From NCBI GenBank assembly GCA_051294905.1, contig CM119381.1, forward strand, positions 16,058,001-16,122,000: 64,000 nucleotides of DNA. Direction: 5' to 3'. Positions 22,870 through 35,194 of the stretch are shown here, one piece after another. The stretch's first letter is position 1; each line of letters starts with the position of its first letter. The position numbers were made by a program, and so were the translations under genes. Source of the DNA: Botryllus schlosseri. Its lineage: Eukaryota. The notes under the pieces were generated by a model that saw nothing but the letters and a program-made list of their open reading frames with translations, did not search any database and had not been told where the DNA came from.

Positions 22870-23878
22870 CTGGGGTCAGACCTACTTCAACATTTCCCCG
22901 ACGAATTCCCTTCAGGCATAAACACATGAGTGCGCTGTTATGCATTTGTGGCGGCGTCCGGCGCCACAAACGACATGTAAATATTGTAGCGCGATGTTTT
23001 TGTTCGCGTGTATTAACAGATCATCGACATTTCGTAACTTTTTTCACGTCAATCTATGCGCCGAAAGTATTGGTAATCGGTGACCACCCAGCCTGCATGG
23101 TAAATAATTATACGTCGTTCATATACTCTATTAGAAAATAGAATGAATGAATGACCATGCGATATATGCTGGACCAAACTCCATGTCGTAGGAGGTACAT
23201 AGACAGAAAATACAAATGATGACAATCTTACTCTTATTCAAGATTAAGATGTCGCTAAAATTTGTATCATTTGAAAGAGGATGGTGAATACACTAATACC
23301 TTCTATAGTAGTTTGCGATTGATCTTCATCACAATCAGCCTGCAATCAGAATGCTTCGCATAGTGACATTGTCGCAGTTTTCACTGTTTACCGATATTTC
23401 TAGTGTCATTATCGGACATGAGCTCGTGTGGAACATGAATAAGAGAGCATGTCGGATCGCCCGTTGCAAAAACGCATTTCCATGTTCAACCTATTTGACT
23501 CGCCTTGATAAATAGGCGGGTCGTACATACGCCAGACAACATCGGGAATCCCAGAGTGCATGGATTTGAATTTGAGAAGCCATGATTTGAATTTGAGAAG
23601 CCATGATTTGAAGATTTTCACCGGATTACGTTCCAACTTGGATTTACGACTATCTTTGAATCTGGATTTATATTTGGACATGGAATTTCCTCACCCTTTC
23701 GCTACCCGTAACAAGTCTTGGTGGCTATGGTTCCGTTTCGTAAGTGCTATAGTATATGAATGGTTCGCCGTGCGTTCATAATATGAAACGTTATGACTTA
23801 GAGACGACAGCATTGAAGTAGTATAAAAGCAGAAAAGAATTACGTCTTGGGCTGGGTCAAAATAGCTGACGGGTCGGG

Positions 23879-25160
23879 CAGCACCGTAACTGCCGCACCC
23901 CAAACCCCCCAATTAGGGGGGGCTGAGCTCGAAGGGGGCCCCAAATTATTTCGTGAATTAGCATAAATTATAGAGTATTTTTTTTTTAAATTTATGCAAT
24001 TTTTTCCAAAATTTTTCGCGCTAGTCGCGATTTAAAGTTGCCAAATTTCTTGATTATTTGGTACTCTTCCCCCAAGAAAAAACACGCAAGATTTATAGAA
24101 GTGGACATATCGGCGTTGGCCATTAACACGCCACTACGCACCAAGATATATAACGATTTAGGACTTATTACATGCGACTCCAAGAAGTGTGCCAGAACGA
24201 TCGGCAGCGCGAAAAGCTTGGCCGAAACGGACTGCCCTTACGCAGACCGAAAACTTCGTTATATATACAGAATAATAGGTGTAATTGTCCAATGTCCATA
24301 GACACCTAAATGACTGGCGCCATATGTTCCTGTCTTGGCAATCTGAACCTCAGAAGACAAATACCATCCAGCAGGAAAAAAATATATGCCAGTGAAGAAA
24401 TACCAATATGAAATCGTGTGCGTCTTTTAGTTTAGTACGTTTGAGCGATTCTATATTTTTGATATAGCAGACGGGTCCGCCCGCCCAAGGATGTTTAATT
24501 ATTATTTACGGGCCCTACAGTTTCCGGTAAATCTGGTAACGTGAGCAGAGAGGACAAGATATTGATAGCAATATATATGCCATTCCCGATCTTATTGGCG
24601 GATTGTATCATGAATTATCGAAAATTTTCGCGCTTCGAGCTGGCTCACTAAAACAGTGCAGCTAATTTCGTGGCAAAAGCGAACACTGTGATGAGGGGTC
24701 GGTTTATCACCGTATGAGAACCCAAAACCCAAGTTTTTGTGGGGGGGGGGGCGGGGCTGACGAAGTGCTGTTTCGTTCCTGCCAACGGATATACGCCCGA
24801 AGATGTCTAATTATTATTGGGCGGTCCTACACTTTAAAACAGACCTCGCTCACCTCTACCGGTAAATCTGATTACGTGAGCAGAGAGAGGGTCGAAATTG
24901 ATAGCAATATATATGTAATTCCCGATCATATTGCCCGATTCAATCATGAATTACTGAAATTTTTCGCGCTTCGTGCGTCTAGGCGGGAAAAGCTGTCCCA
25001 CCGAACGGACACCCAATGTAGATGTGAAATAGTGTAAAAAAGAGGACAGCGAAAGGGGGGTCTCGGGGGCAAAGCCCCCTAGAAGTTAGGTTTATCACCC
25101 CATGGGGGGGGGGGCAAGGCCAACGTTTTGGGGGGCTGACGAAGTGCTGTTACGGCCCTG
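23879..25160. mobile_element. hAT-like non-autonomous element, 1282 bp, with an internal diverged ~170-bp duplication
   Basis: TIRs cagcaccgtaac / gttacggccctg; perfect TSD GGGTCGGG (23871-23878, 25161-25168); 24490-24637 is similar to 24800-24973. Confidence 0.85.
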
Positions 25161-28100
25161 GGGTCGGGTGAGACCCGCGTGCAGGCCGCCGAACCTTGAT
25201 CCACTGTTGTTGTTGTATGTTGGATACGGAAAGATAGGACGTTCAAGTCCTGGAATGTTAATTTGTACGACGGCGGTTGGGTTAAGCACTCGGCTGATAA
25301 TGGGTGAATGAGGTTGGCAAGGTGGTACAATGTCGGAATCGCTTCTTAGGATAGTAAGGGTGTCCGAAATATGTACATACTTATACGATCGAAGCAGGAC
25401 TATCTGCAGTTGTGTTTCATGTGCAGACCGTCGGTTACGTCACTATTGAACTATTCTTGTCCCCTTTTCATTGTAGCTATACGGACAATGTCCCGCGATA
25501 CGAGTCAGGATTATGAAGAGCAGTGAGTTTGCAAAATCGATTTCCGCCCGCTTGGCTCTTAGCTTGAAATAGATTGACATATTGTGTTATAGTGATTGTA
25601 GTACTGCAAGGCAAACGAGGCATTTATTGAATATGGGGGAATGTAGGCCTACTTATGGATACATTCCATGTATAACTCAGAGTTCCAACAAAAGTACAAT
25701 ATTTTGATTAACTCTTAGAAGGTGCTACCGGTAGAAGGCACTATTGCCCTGTCATTTAAATGGAACTTTGCTACGCCATATATCCTGTCAAAATACCCGC
25801 ATCGGTCAGCGGATCTCGGCAATGAGTCTGCCTCAAGAACATACCAAATACTTGACTGAGAATGCAACGTCGGAATATCAATATAATATCTACTCTTGAA
25901 ACTTTTTTGCGAATTCTGATTGAGAACGAAGGGTTAATTAGTAATAGTATATATACTGTCAAAGATGATTGATGATCGCATGCCACACACAGCCGCGACT
26001 ATATACAACGAAGTGTAAACTCTCTTCAATCGCGGACATGTTTTGATGTGATATAGTCATCAAAATCTACACGGATTATTTTGTTTACAGTCTCTTCATG
26101 ACAAATTGGCGTCTCTAAATTTGACGACTTCCTATATGGGAATATATGGTACACTAAATAACTACTAATTGATCGCACAATGCACGTGATTATCATATGA
26201 TGAGATATGCCACATATTGTTTGCAAATTCGCTTCGTTTCTTTATCTCTAGCGTATACAAGCGATGTCCTTATGAGAAACTACCCATATTTTGAACGGAT
26301 GCAACCAAAAGCACAATGTTGTACACTGATGTAAAGATAGCAACGGGTTCTTACGATTATCTGCATCACCAAACCGTAATTTCAGCATGATATGACGTTC
26401 GCGTATGGGGACTATCACTGTAGCGCACAATCGGTTTTCGAGTTTGCATGAAATCATCTTGTTCAATCATATTTACGGTATATTATTGTCGTAGTATGGC
26501 AAATAGCAACTAGAAATTACTTCTCAAAAACACGAGTGAATAATCACGACCACTGTCGGCGCTTGAGATTTGAGCACGAGCAGTCGAGCATGCTAGTAAC
26601 TCGGTATACAATAATGTTTGCATAAGGGGGGGGGGGGATAGGTAGGGGTTGGCATTTAGCGACCGATTTACAGTGCTAAAATATGCCAAAACGTCTCCCA
26701 ACTACAAGCAACCACGATGAAACATATCACGGCTGATGTGAGTACCGGCAATTCATAGTTCGTAAAGAGCTCGGCAAATATAGCATTTGTTTTCAGCAAA
26801 AGTCTGAGTAGTTCCAGATTCAAATTCAAATATCTTTCTAATGCATATATATTATGTTGTCTGATCACTCACCACCAACCAATATGCCATGTACTTAATT
26901 GTAGGGATCAATCAGTTGTGTGCTGCTCCAATCAGATATATTTTCTTCGAGTCCTTCGGTAAATGTAGATTTTGAGCGCTTCACGATTTTGCATCTCATC
27001 CTTAAGTATGAAGCGTCCTTGTCTCAATACCTTAATACCACTAGAATTAGCACGCGTTTACGACTAAGCAACCAATTCTATGTTAAAGCATTGCGCTGCA
27101 AACATTTCCGCACGCATATTTATACGTAGATTATTATCGTTGTAAATCGTGACGATGAGTATAAATGGTACATTTTTCGTCCCGTGGTCATCTGGCACAG
27201 ATGTCCCTAATTTTCCGATTGCCTGATCGTTATCATGTCCCTATATGTTTGGTATCACACTTATGAGATTTACTTCGCATGATCGAACAAAATGGCGGCT
27301 ATATGGCAAAGACATTTTCTTTGTGAAGGTGGTGCTATCAACATCATCGTATTTTCATAGTATTACAAATTGTCTTTATCCTATATAATATATCGTTGTT
27401 GTATTTTGGTTTCGTTCATGTGTTCGGTAAATATGACTGAAAATGAGTGATAGCTTCGATACGTGATGTTAATCTATTAAGTGCCCGCCTATTACAAATT
27501 CCTTCTGTGACATGATCCAAACATTTAGCCAACTTAATTTCAATTCACGACTAATTTAGGTCCGCGTGTATTTATGGATTGCATTTTATTATGGCATCAT
27601 CTCAACCTTGGTTCTTTTCAATAACTATTTTTTTTCACAACGTATAGCCCAATTTGCAGCATCCACTAATAAATTAACCTGATCGGCCACATTGAACAAC
27701 CCGGTGAAACGGTGTCTACTGATGAAAATAAACGAAGGATAGTAGGTAATGTGAGTTACCGGTAGTTCTTTATGCGATCAAAATTATGAATTTACATGAG
27801 CTGTTCAACTTGGTTAACATGCATCCAGATTACGCGGTGTATTTTGCAGTGGACTAATTGCTAGAAACTCTAAATAAAATTAACTCCGAAAAAATAATTT
27901 CCATCGTCTCAAGCCACCCTCGGTGATGTCTGAGATTTTGATAAAAGACCGCAAGAAGACAGAGAATGTTCGCAACGGGCGTGAAATCCACCATGGAAAT
28001 CAAACGTAAATTTCTGCACGATCGCTCGTACCCCGGAGCCACAACAAGCTCTTGTACACCTGTAAAAGCAGCGAAATTTCCCTGTAGGTCCTCGGCATGC

Positions 28101-29860
28101 GAACCGTGATTCAGGTATTTGTGTGCTCACAAACGAAATGCCGCTCTCGTCACATCCTGAAATTATCTTCACCTCTCTCGCGACAATGTGCCAGCGGACA
28201 GGTTTCGGCCGCAGATGCGAATCGGTGGTGGAAATAACTTCTTTTGTCGCGATGTAATTTGCGCTAACGTCGGGCCGCGGGGCGCCTTAACGAGCGTGCA
28301 AGTGTAAAATTTCATGATTGGGAACGTGCGGGTTCGAGGTGAATGACCGTTTTCATTGACTAGACGTGGTGGAATGCAACGCTGTGTTAACAAGCGCCAT
28401 ATCTCGGGTGACCCTTCGCACTTTATGTAAACCAAGAATGATATTTCCCTATCTTGGGGATGTGTTATTGATGCTATGCTCAATCGGGGCCGATTTCAAA
28501 GCAACTTCACTAGCATGCCTGCATCCCTTCGGAACATAAAAATGTTAACGCAAGCGGCTTCAGGTACAGCGCTCGACAGGACTTTCTACGGTCAAGTGTC
28601 TTCGGTAAATATTTCGACCTAGACTTTAATTCATCAAAGATTTTGGGTTAAAAATCGTAAAATCAGAGGTGGAAATTGGGCCCGACTTTTCAGGCTCCTT
28701 TTTTCGAAAAGATTTCAGCCTTGAAGCGGACCGAATGACCCCACCGCTATATAATTAACTCTATATAGTATGAGCCTGCTTTCGGGTTCCCGTCGCACTC
28801 AAATCGGACTGCAATATCGACATTCGGGTCCAGGACCAATAAACACGGCCCTGTTCAACCTTTGTTTCAAATATCAATCGGAATATTGAAGCCATTTTAT
28901 AGGACGATTTGGAACAACGAATATACAAACTAAATATCCATATGAAATCTCATTTATGCAAACAGTGTACAGATATATATTGTATTCAAGTTTCACTTAG
29001 ATGTATTGATTCATATTGATGTAGAAATATATTGCATGCCACACTGGCATACAAACTACATAGCTGTGTGGGTATACGCGGCATGCGAAGTCATGACCTC
29101 AATCTCTGTCTTCCGCGACGCGGAAATGCGACAACCTCGCGTCCAGCCGTTACGCAGCGAGCGCGCAAGAGGTCGACCTCCGGAGTGACAATGGACTTCG
29201 AGGTTAATATCAGCCTTCCAAACACTTCTGTTAATATTCCAATCTTTCTCAAATCGTATTTCGGTCCCTCGTTGACAGCTGCGCGGATTTGATTTCGCAT
29301 CCATCACTCGGAAGCAGCATTCGCAGCGTATCTCATCGCATTTCACGCCGTGTTTTCCGCTCCAAACGGCCAAAACCCGCACGGTACATAGCTTACTGGC
29401 CCAGCCGGGCTCTAGCACACTATTTCGCTTTGATTTTGTTGATACTCCTTTGATAGTGAAGGCGCGGCACTTTACTTTGATATCTTGGGAAGGCCTGGTG
29501 TTGATGTTCTCACTGTGGTTGTGCTGCGCCAAGTCGATTCGAGCACAGATGTGAGCGCTGAGCCTGGTACTAAAACAATGCGAAAGAATTAAGCTTAATA
29601 TGATTCGACCGTTGCAGTGTTATTATATCAAAACAAAGAAAATGTTATTGCTATATTTTTTCGCACAGAACTATAGTATAGAGAGAGTAATTATTCGATA
29701 CACAGTCATTATTTACGCTAAACGTTTTCCTCTCCTGGGTGCACAAGGCTGGAAACTGATAGGCGCTTCACATGTTCCACCATTATTAGTAATATTGTAA
29801 CATTTTGCTCTCACTCTGATATCTAATATTTGTGGATCTTTCGTATCTTAACCGCATGCT

Positions 29861-30056
29861 CTCCGGCTCTATAAAATATTAAGTACACCCGCGTAAACCT
29901 ATTATGTAATTATAATGAGGTGTTTACTATATTTGCAAACGAAAAACACGTACTCAGACTGTATTGCTCCAGCTCTATAAAAGATAAATACGCCAGCGTA
30001 AACCCATTACGCAATTATACAGTATTTACGATTTTCTAACGAAAAACAAGTACTCA
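29861..30056. repeat. Diverged tandem duplication of a ~100-bp unit
   Basis: ctcc[g/a]gctctataaaa...gcgtaaacc.atta...aacgaaaaaca.gtactca occurs at 29861-29956 and 29967-30056. Confidence 0.85.
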
Positions 30057-30412
30057 AAAACGATAGGACGAAAGGGATTTTGGACTGATCGAGACTATAA
30101 GGATCGATGACCTCATACAGTTACTGAAAAATTGTTGCACCCTGCCATTGTAAAATCACTTATTTAGTCCCGATATCAACCATTAACATTTCCCGAGATA
30201 CTCATTATACCCAAATCGTACACGCTGCCCGTTCCAGACCATTTAGTATAGCGGGAAGTTCATTTTTGCGGCCTAAATGTGCACATATAGACCCACACGA
30301 GTGACTTATTCACAGAAATGACTGCGAAACGTTTATGGGACCATCGATAATATATTTATCATGATAATACGATTATACATTACCGACCGAAAGAACAGTT
30401 CATTGTCGAAAT

Positions 30413-31464
30413 TAGAGGTCGACCGATTATCGACCTGGCCGATTATCGAGGTCGATATTTGGAACTTTCCCGGTTATCGATATCGGCCTATGAATAGGGC
30501 TGGGCACAATGATTGAGTACTCGAATCTGAATCGAGTATTAATTTCAATGATTCGAGTCGAGTAGCAAAAGATGATTTTTTCGAGTACTAAAATTATACG
30601 CTTCTCACCATTGAAAGTTAATTTATCAGCTAGAATTATAGCTACGATACTAATTTTCACTGTTGAAGCCTTGAAACCTTGATCAGCGGTATCGTAGCAT
30701 ACGAAATCTATGGTACAAAGCTACGAAGGTTACTGGACGTAGCACATTTCCAAAGTCATGATTATTCCACAACATTGCAACCAAGTGGAATGAATTAGGT
30801 ATGGTTGAAAAAATACCAAAGTAACTTTTAAGAGATGGATAACTAACATTATATTCTTTGTTGTGGCATAAATGATACATATTTGAACTTTGACGTATTG
30901 CAGTCTGCTATGACGTCATAATGAGTGATACTCGATTACTCGACTCGAAGCATATTACGTGATTCAGAATCGATTCACTCAGGTACTCGATTTTGCCCAG
31001 CCCTACCTAAGAATGCCGATATCGCGGCCGATATTTTATATATAAAAAAAATTCAAAAATAGTGGAAATTCAATGCTCCATGTTCTTCATCTCAAGAAAT
31101 CGACGACACAAAGGGTGAGTGATAGATTTATCCTTGCAAGACGAGCTTAACTGGATGAGCTTGCAGAGAAATTATGCTGCCTGCATTATAATGTACCTCT
31201 ACTGGACTGATTTGCAATTCTGTATCAAGTTTTGCTTTTGGGTTATCCCAAATTTCAATGTATGTGCACAATTAAGCAAGAATTCTTTTTAATTTCATTT
31301 TTCTCGTTTGTTGTTCAGCTTTCTGTGGCACGTACAAGTGCCATCTTGCCTAATGGTTCTCTGTTCCTTCCATATCGGCCTATGATGTCGGTTATCGGCC
31401 TTGTGAGAGTGTCGATAATCGGTACCGGCATCGGCCTGCAAAAATCAATATCGGTCGATCTCTA
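30413..31464. mobile_element. hAT-like element with ATCGGCC repeats, host of the nested MITE at 30495-31005
   Basis: TIRs tagaggtcgaccgat / atcggtcgatctcta; flanking direct repeat gtcgaaat, offset by 2 nt. Confidence 0.8.
30495..31005. mobile_element. hAT-like MITE, TAGGGCTGGGCA family, nested
   Basis: Perfect TIRs tagggctgggca / tgcccagcccta; TSD CCTATGAA / CCTAAGAA (7/8). Confidence 0.9.
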
Positions 31465-33179
31465 TAGTCGAAATGTCTTACGATATATTTTAAGTAAGTA
31501 CATATCCAGGAAAATTATCGTGTTTGATAAAATGGCGGTTTCGACAGATTTGCTAGAGAATACGTAATCCAACCTCATATCACGAAAGGCAAATAAAGTT
31601 CGATCGCAAATAGTTCCGGAAAAAGTCAAACATACACGCTCTAAAATTATGCATGGTTCCTTCTTCACGGTGAAATCGATTGGTCGTGTTAATAACTAGA
31701 TATCGATTCTTAATAACACCTCCACTCAACCAAATTCCCCAGTGTCTGGCATTAAATACAAAGCTACTTTCGGTTTGCGCACTGCATAATTGACTTCTGA
31801 GAATAGCAATCGAAAGGTACAAATCGAACAAAATCATATTGCCAAAGGAAGATAATATCTTATCAACTTATCGATACAATATGATCACAATCCATTGTCC
31901 AGGCTCGTAGTCTGATTGTGTAATATAGTATTGTGATGATGGTGTGAATTCAATTTACTTTCGGAGCCATTTCCTTCGTCGGAGGAGTGTCCGGACTGTA
32001 ACTGGAGCAAATACGGAATTTCTTCACTTGTTTATCGATGATACAGTATACGTTTCACCAGCCAACAAGTGCGCGTTTAACCAGCATTGTCCTGAGCGCA
32101 ATCGAAATAATATTCAGTCACTTAACAGATTTTGTAGAGATGGTATACACTGCAATGAAGAGATTGACGATAAAGTTTGAAATGATATCTTTCAGCTTCT
32201 TCGAGATAAAGCTGATTCCAAATTTGTTTGAAAGATTTGAGCATGACTTGCTTCGCTTCAGTTCCTGTCAAGACGGTATTTGCAGGATTCCGTCCTTCGG
32301 AAGTTGCTTCGAACTTTGCCAATTAGTGTGCCATCTCGTTGCCTTTAATATCGACGTGTGCTGGTATCCAAACGAAGATAAAATGTATTTTATGTAATTC
32401 AAGCTCGAGAAGATTAGTTGAAATTTCATTTGATAACTTACTCATCCCTCGGAAACGTGCTGTTTGTAGATGCTGCAATGCACTGCAACTATCAGATAGT
32501 ACTAAATATTTCTTGATTCTTGAGCTGTTTTCTAAAATCCACTTCAGTGCCTCGGAGATAGCAGTTAGTTCAGCTGTGAAGATTGAAGAATATGGAGAAC
32601 ATCGTTTGGTTATCAATGCGACGTTTGGGATATATACTGCGTATCCCGTTTCAAACTCGTTTTTTGATCCATCCGTATAATCCTACTTGTAACCAAGTAT
32701 TTTTCTGTCATATAAGACAGAGAGTCCTGGCATAATTGTTGTAATGAGATATTTGACCTCTCGAAATGTAGTAGATGAAAATCTACGCTTGGAACAGGAA
32801 TTTTCCACCGTTATACAATGTACAGTTATGTGTGGATATGTACCTATAGCGTGAAATGCTGGAACAATTCGATTTTTGATAGAAGGTAGGTTCGAAATCT
32901 TGGATTTGTCAAACTGTATATTTCGTGCCAAGTATCATCAAATATTTCGTTTGCTGGACTCTTTTCAGTGGAATGAGCAAGAAGGAAGCACCGATAATTA
33001 AGGTAGAGGCATAAATGTCGGGTGTGAAGCGGCATCTGGTTACACTCGGCTTCTAACGCATGACAAATTGGAGTGCTTCGCATTGCACCACAACATAACC
33101 TTAGAGCTTGATTTTGAATCATGTCCAGTTTATCCAAATGTCGCTTCGTGGCAAAAAAGTATGCTGGCATCGCGTAATC

Positions 33180-34517
33180 CAGGGGTGGGCAAGTATTTTC
33201 CTCCGCGGGCCAAATGCGAAGTAAAAAATACGTGGGCGGGCCGAGTGAACAATTTTAGTTATATTCTCCAGCGTATTTCAATTTTATTTCTAAATTACAT
33301 TGTTAATAAAGGCTGCTCGCTGTTGATGTTAGGTAATGAGAAAGTGGCGGTTAATTAAAAAAAAATATCTATTTGCCGTCACGATTCGAAACAATGTTAA
33401 ACATGATACAATTTTAACTCTCTTTAAACCCCTATCCACAACTTTCTATTAAGACACTAAAACAGTGTCTCTCAACGATTTTCTAGGTACGCCCCCTTTA
33501 TGATAGTGAAAAATTTCGTGCCCACCCCCATATCATGATACCACAACAAATTAAAAAGAGCAACCAAAATGATAGCAATCTCAACAGATAGTTTGATGGC
33601 ATGGAAGGTTATGTTTGTAGATGAGGGAATTCCGTAATATCAAAGTCGGACAATACACATAGCAATAACTATCCTATACGCTGGGGGAAATCGCGCGGAG
33701 CGCGAAAAACGTTTTCATTTATTTTCGGCTTCGCGCCTCTCTTCAGATGCTTTCACGCCCCTCCAGTTCGATAACCACTGCACTAAACTGTATATGGGAT
33801 AGTACAAAGCTTGTCTTGGTCGCTGCATTCCGAGCAGAGTACGGCTCAAATAGCCTTGATGCTGAACAAAGTTTGCAGTTTTTCCGAAATTAATCGCCCT
33901 CCCTTGACCGAGTGTTTCGTGTTTTGTCATAAATAAAATCCTTAATCTCGGCGACATGCTCGGCAAAAACTAAAGGAACAGGTTTATCCCTAACTGCAGT
34001 AAACAAATATTTAGTGCTCTAAACCTTCTTTGAATTTCAGCTTTCGGCTTTCTCTTTTGGAAACGCCCGTTCATTCTTTATGGGTGATAGAAATGATGAG
34101 TCATATAGTAATCGGAAGCACTGATTGACTTGTTATACGAATTAGGGATTTGGAAACACCTCACGTAACAATTTGAAAACATGTACCATAATATAATGCG
34201 CAGTGTGAAAATGGCAACAAAGGTTTCACCCAAACTATATGGAAAGAGTGATTTATTGTGAATTCAATAGTTACTCATGCTTTGCCACATTGCCTGTATT
34301 TTGAATATGGAGTACGCATGCAAGGTACGTAGGCAGCGTAATCGTGATAAATTAATAAACAGGCTTCGAAGTAAACGAATTTTCTGTTTAGTTGATACAG
34401 CCTATGGTTTTAGCCCACGCATCAACATCCAAAAAACAGGTTTAATGTTATAAATTCCAAGCAACCTTTCGCAGGCCGCACAGAATGGCTTCGCGGGCCA
34501 CACTTTGCCCAGGTCTG
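33180..34517. mobile_element. hAT non-autonomous element inserted in the LINE RT, 1338 bp
   Basis: TIRs caggggtgggcaa / ttgcccaggtctg; perfect TSD GCGTAATC (33172-33179, 34518-34525). Confidence 0.9.
33463..33780. mobile_element. hAT MITE family X, intact 318-bp copy, nested
   Basis: Ends cagtgtctctcaac / ttcgataaccactg; TSD CACTAAAA / CACTAAAC (7/8). Confidence 0.85.
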
Positions 34518-34695
34518 GCGTAATCAATCGTACTCCTAATCATGGCTCGATATACTTGTAATCGATATATACTATGTAAGGCTTAGTCCGATGAAAATAT
34601 ACCCACAATAGTCGGTGTATAAACACTCGAATGGGTCTGAGATTCGACACACACACACAGGGATATATGTAGATATCCCTGGACATATACATAGT

Positions 34696-35194
34696 TAGAA
34701 TTGCATTTTAAACAAAAGCCTTTAGAAATTTTTATTAAAGTTGTATAAATATGCCATAATTGTGTGAATACTTTCCTAAAACATGCTGTATGCGCCTGCG
34801 GACGATGATTACCACGCGATATAGCCGACATATACAATATGGGATGGTTGGAATCCTCGAAATTGTCGGTTCAACATCTATAGTATTTAGATATAGATCA
34901 TTGGTACCGAATAAATGTTCTGATGATGATGATCGCGACCGTAAAAATGCTGCAAGACGATGCAGTCATGGTTAAAGATATTTTTGATCCGTATATCACG
35001 GGCTTTGGAAGCCTATTTCGTCAAAGGAGCTTGTTTTCAATCGTGAATACATATCCACTATGACGTCACAATTGAAAATGCGAGACGTCATGGCTTAGAA
35101 AGAAAGAAAGAAAACAATAAAAACATGTTTTAAACAAGGGCCTTGTTTTAAACAGGTTTGCTTTAAATTGATTTTTGTTTTAAACACAACCCTA
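34696..35194. mobile_element. MITE, TAGGGTTGCATTTAAAAC family
   Basis: Ends tagaattgcattttaaac / gttttaaacacaacccta; interior is an inverted homolog of 60349-60744. Confidence 0.8.

Larger units (their letters stand above)
31900..34560 (-). mobile_element. Degenerate I-group LINE ORF2 (RT thumb, RNase H, C-terminal region), interrupted by a hAT
   Basis: QVYRAMIRSTIDY|AMPAYFFATKRHLDKLDMIQNQALRLCCGAMRSTP; RNase H SIFTAELTAISEAL...LVLSDSCSAL...FVWIPAHVDIKGNEMA; RLRSGQCWLNAHL; frameshifts and stops; limits approximate. Confidence 0.88.

Noticed and set aside
25477-25522. Exon-like segment cattgtag|...ATG SRDTSQDYEE...|gtgagt as the first exon of a third gene
   Set aside because: No compatible downstream exon with a recognisable product was found; needs RNA-seq
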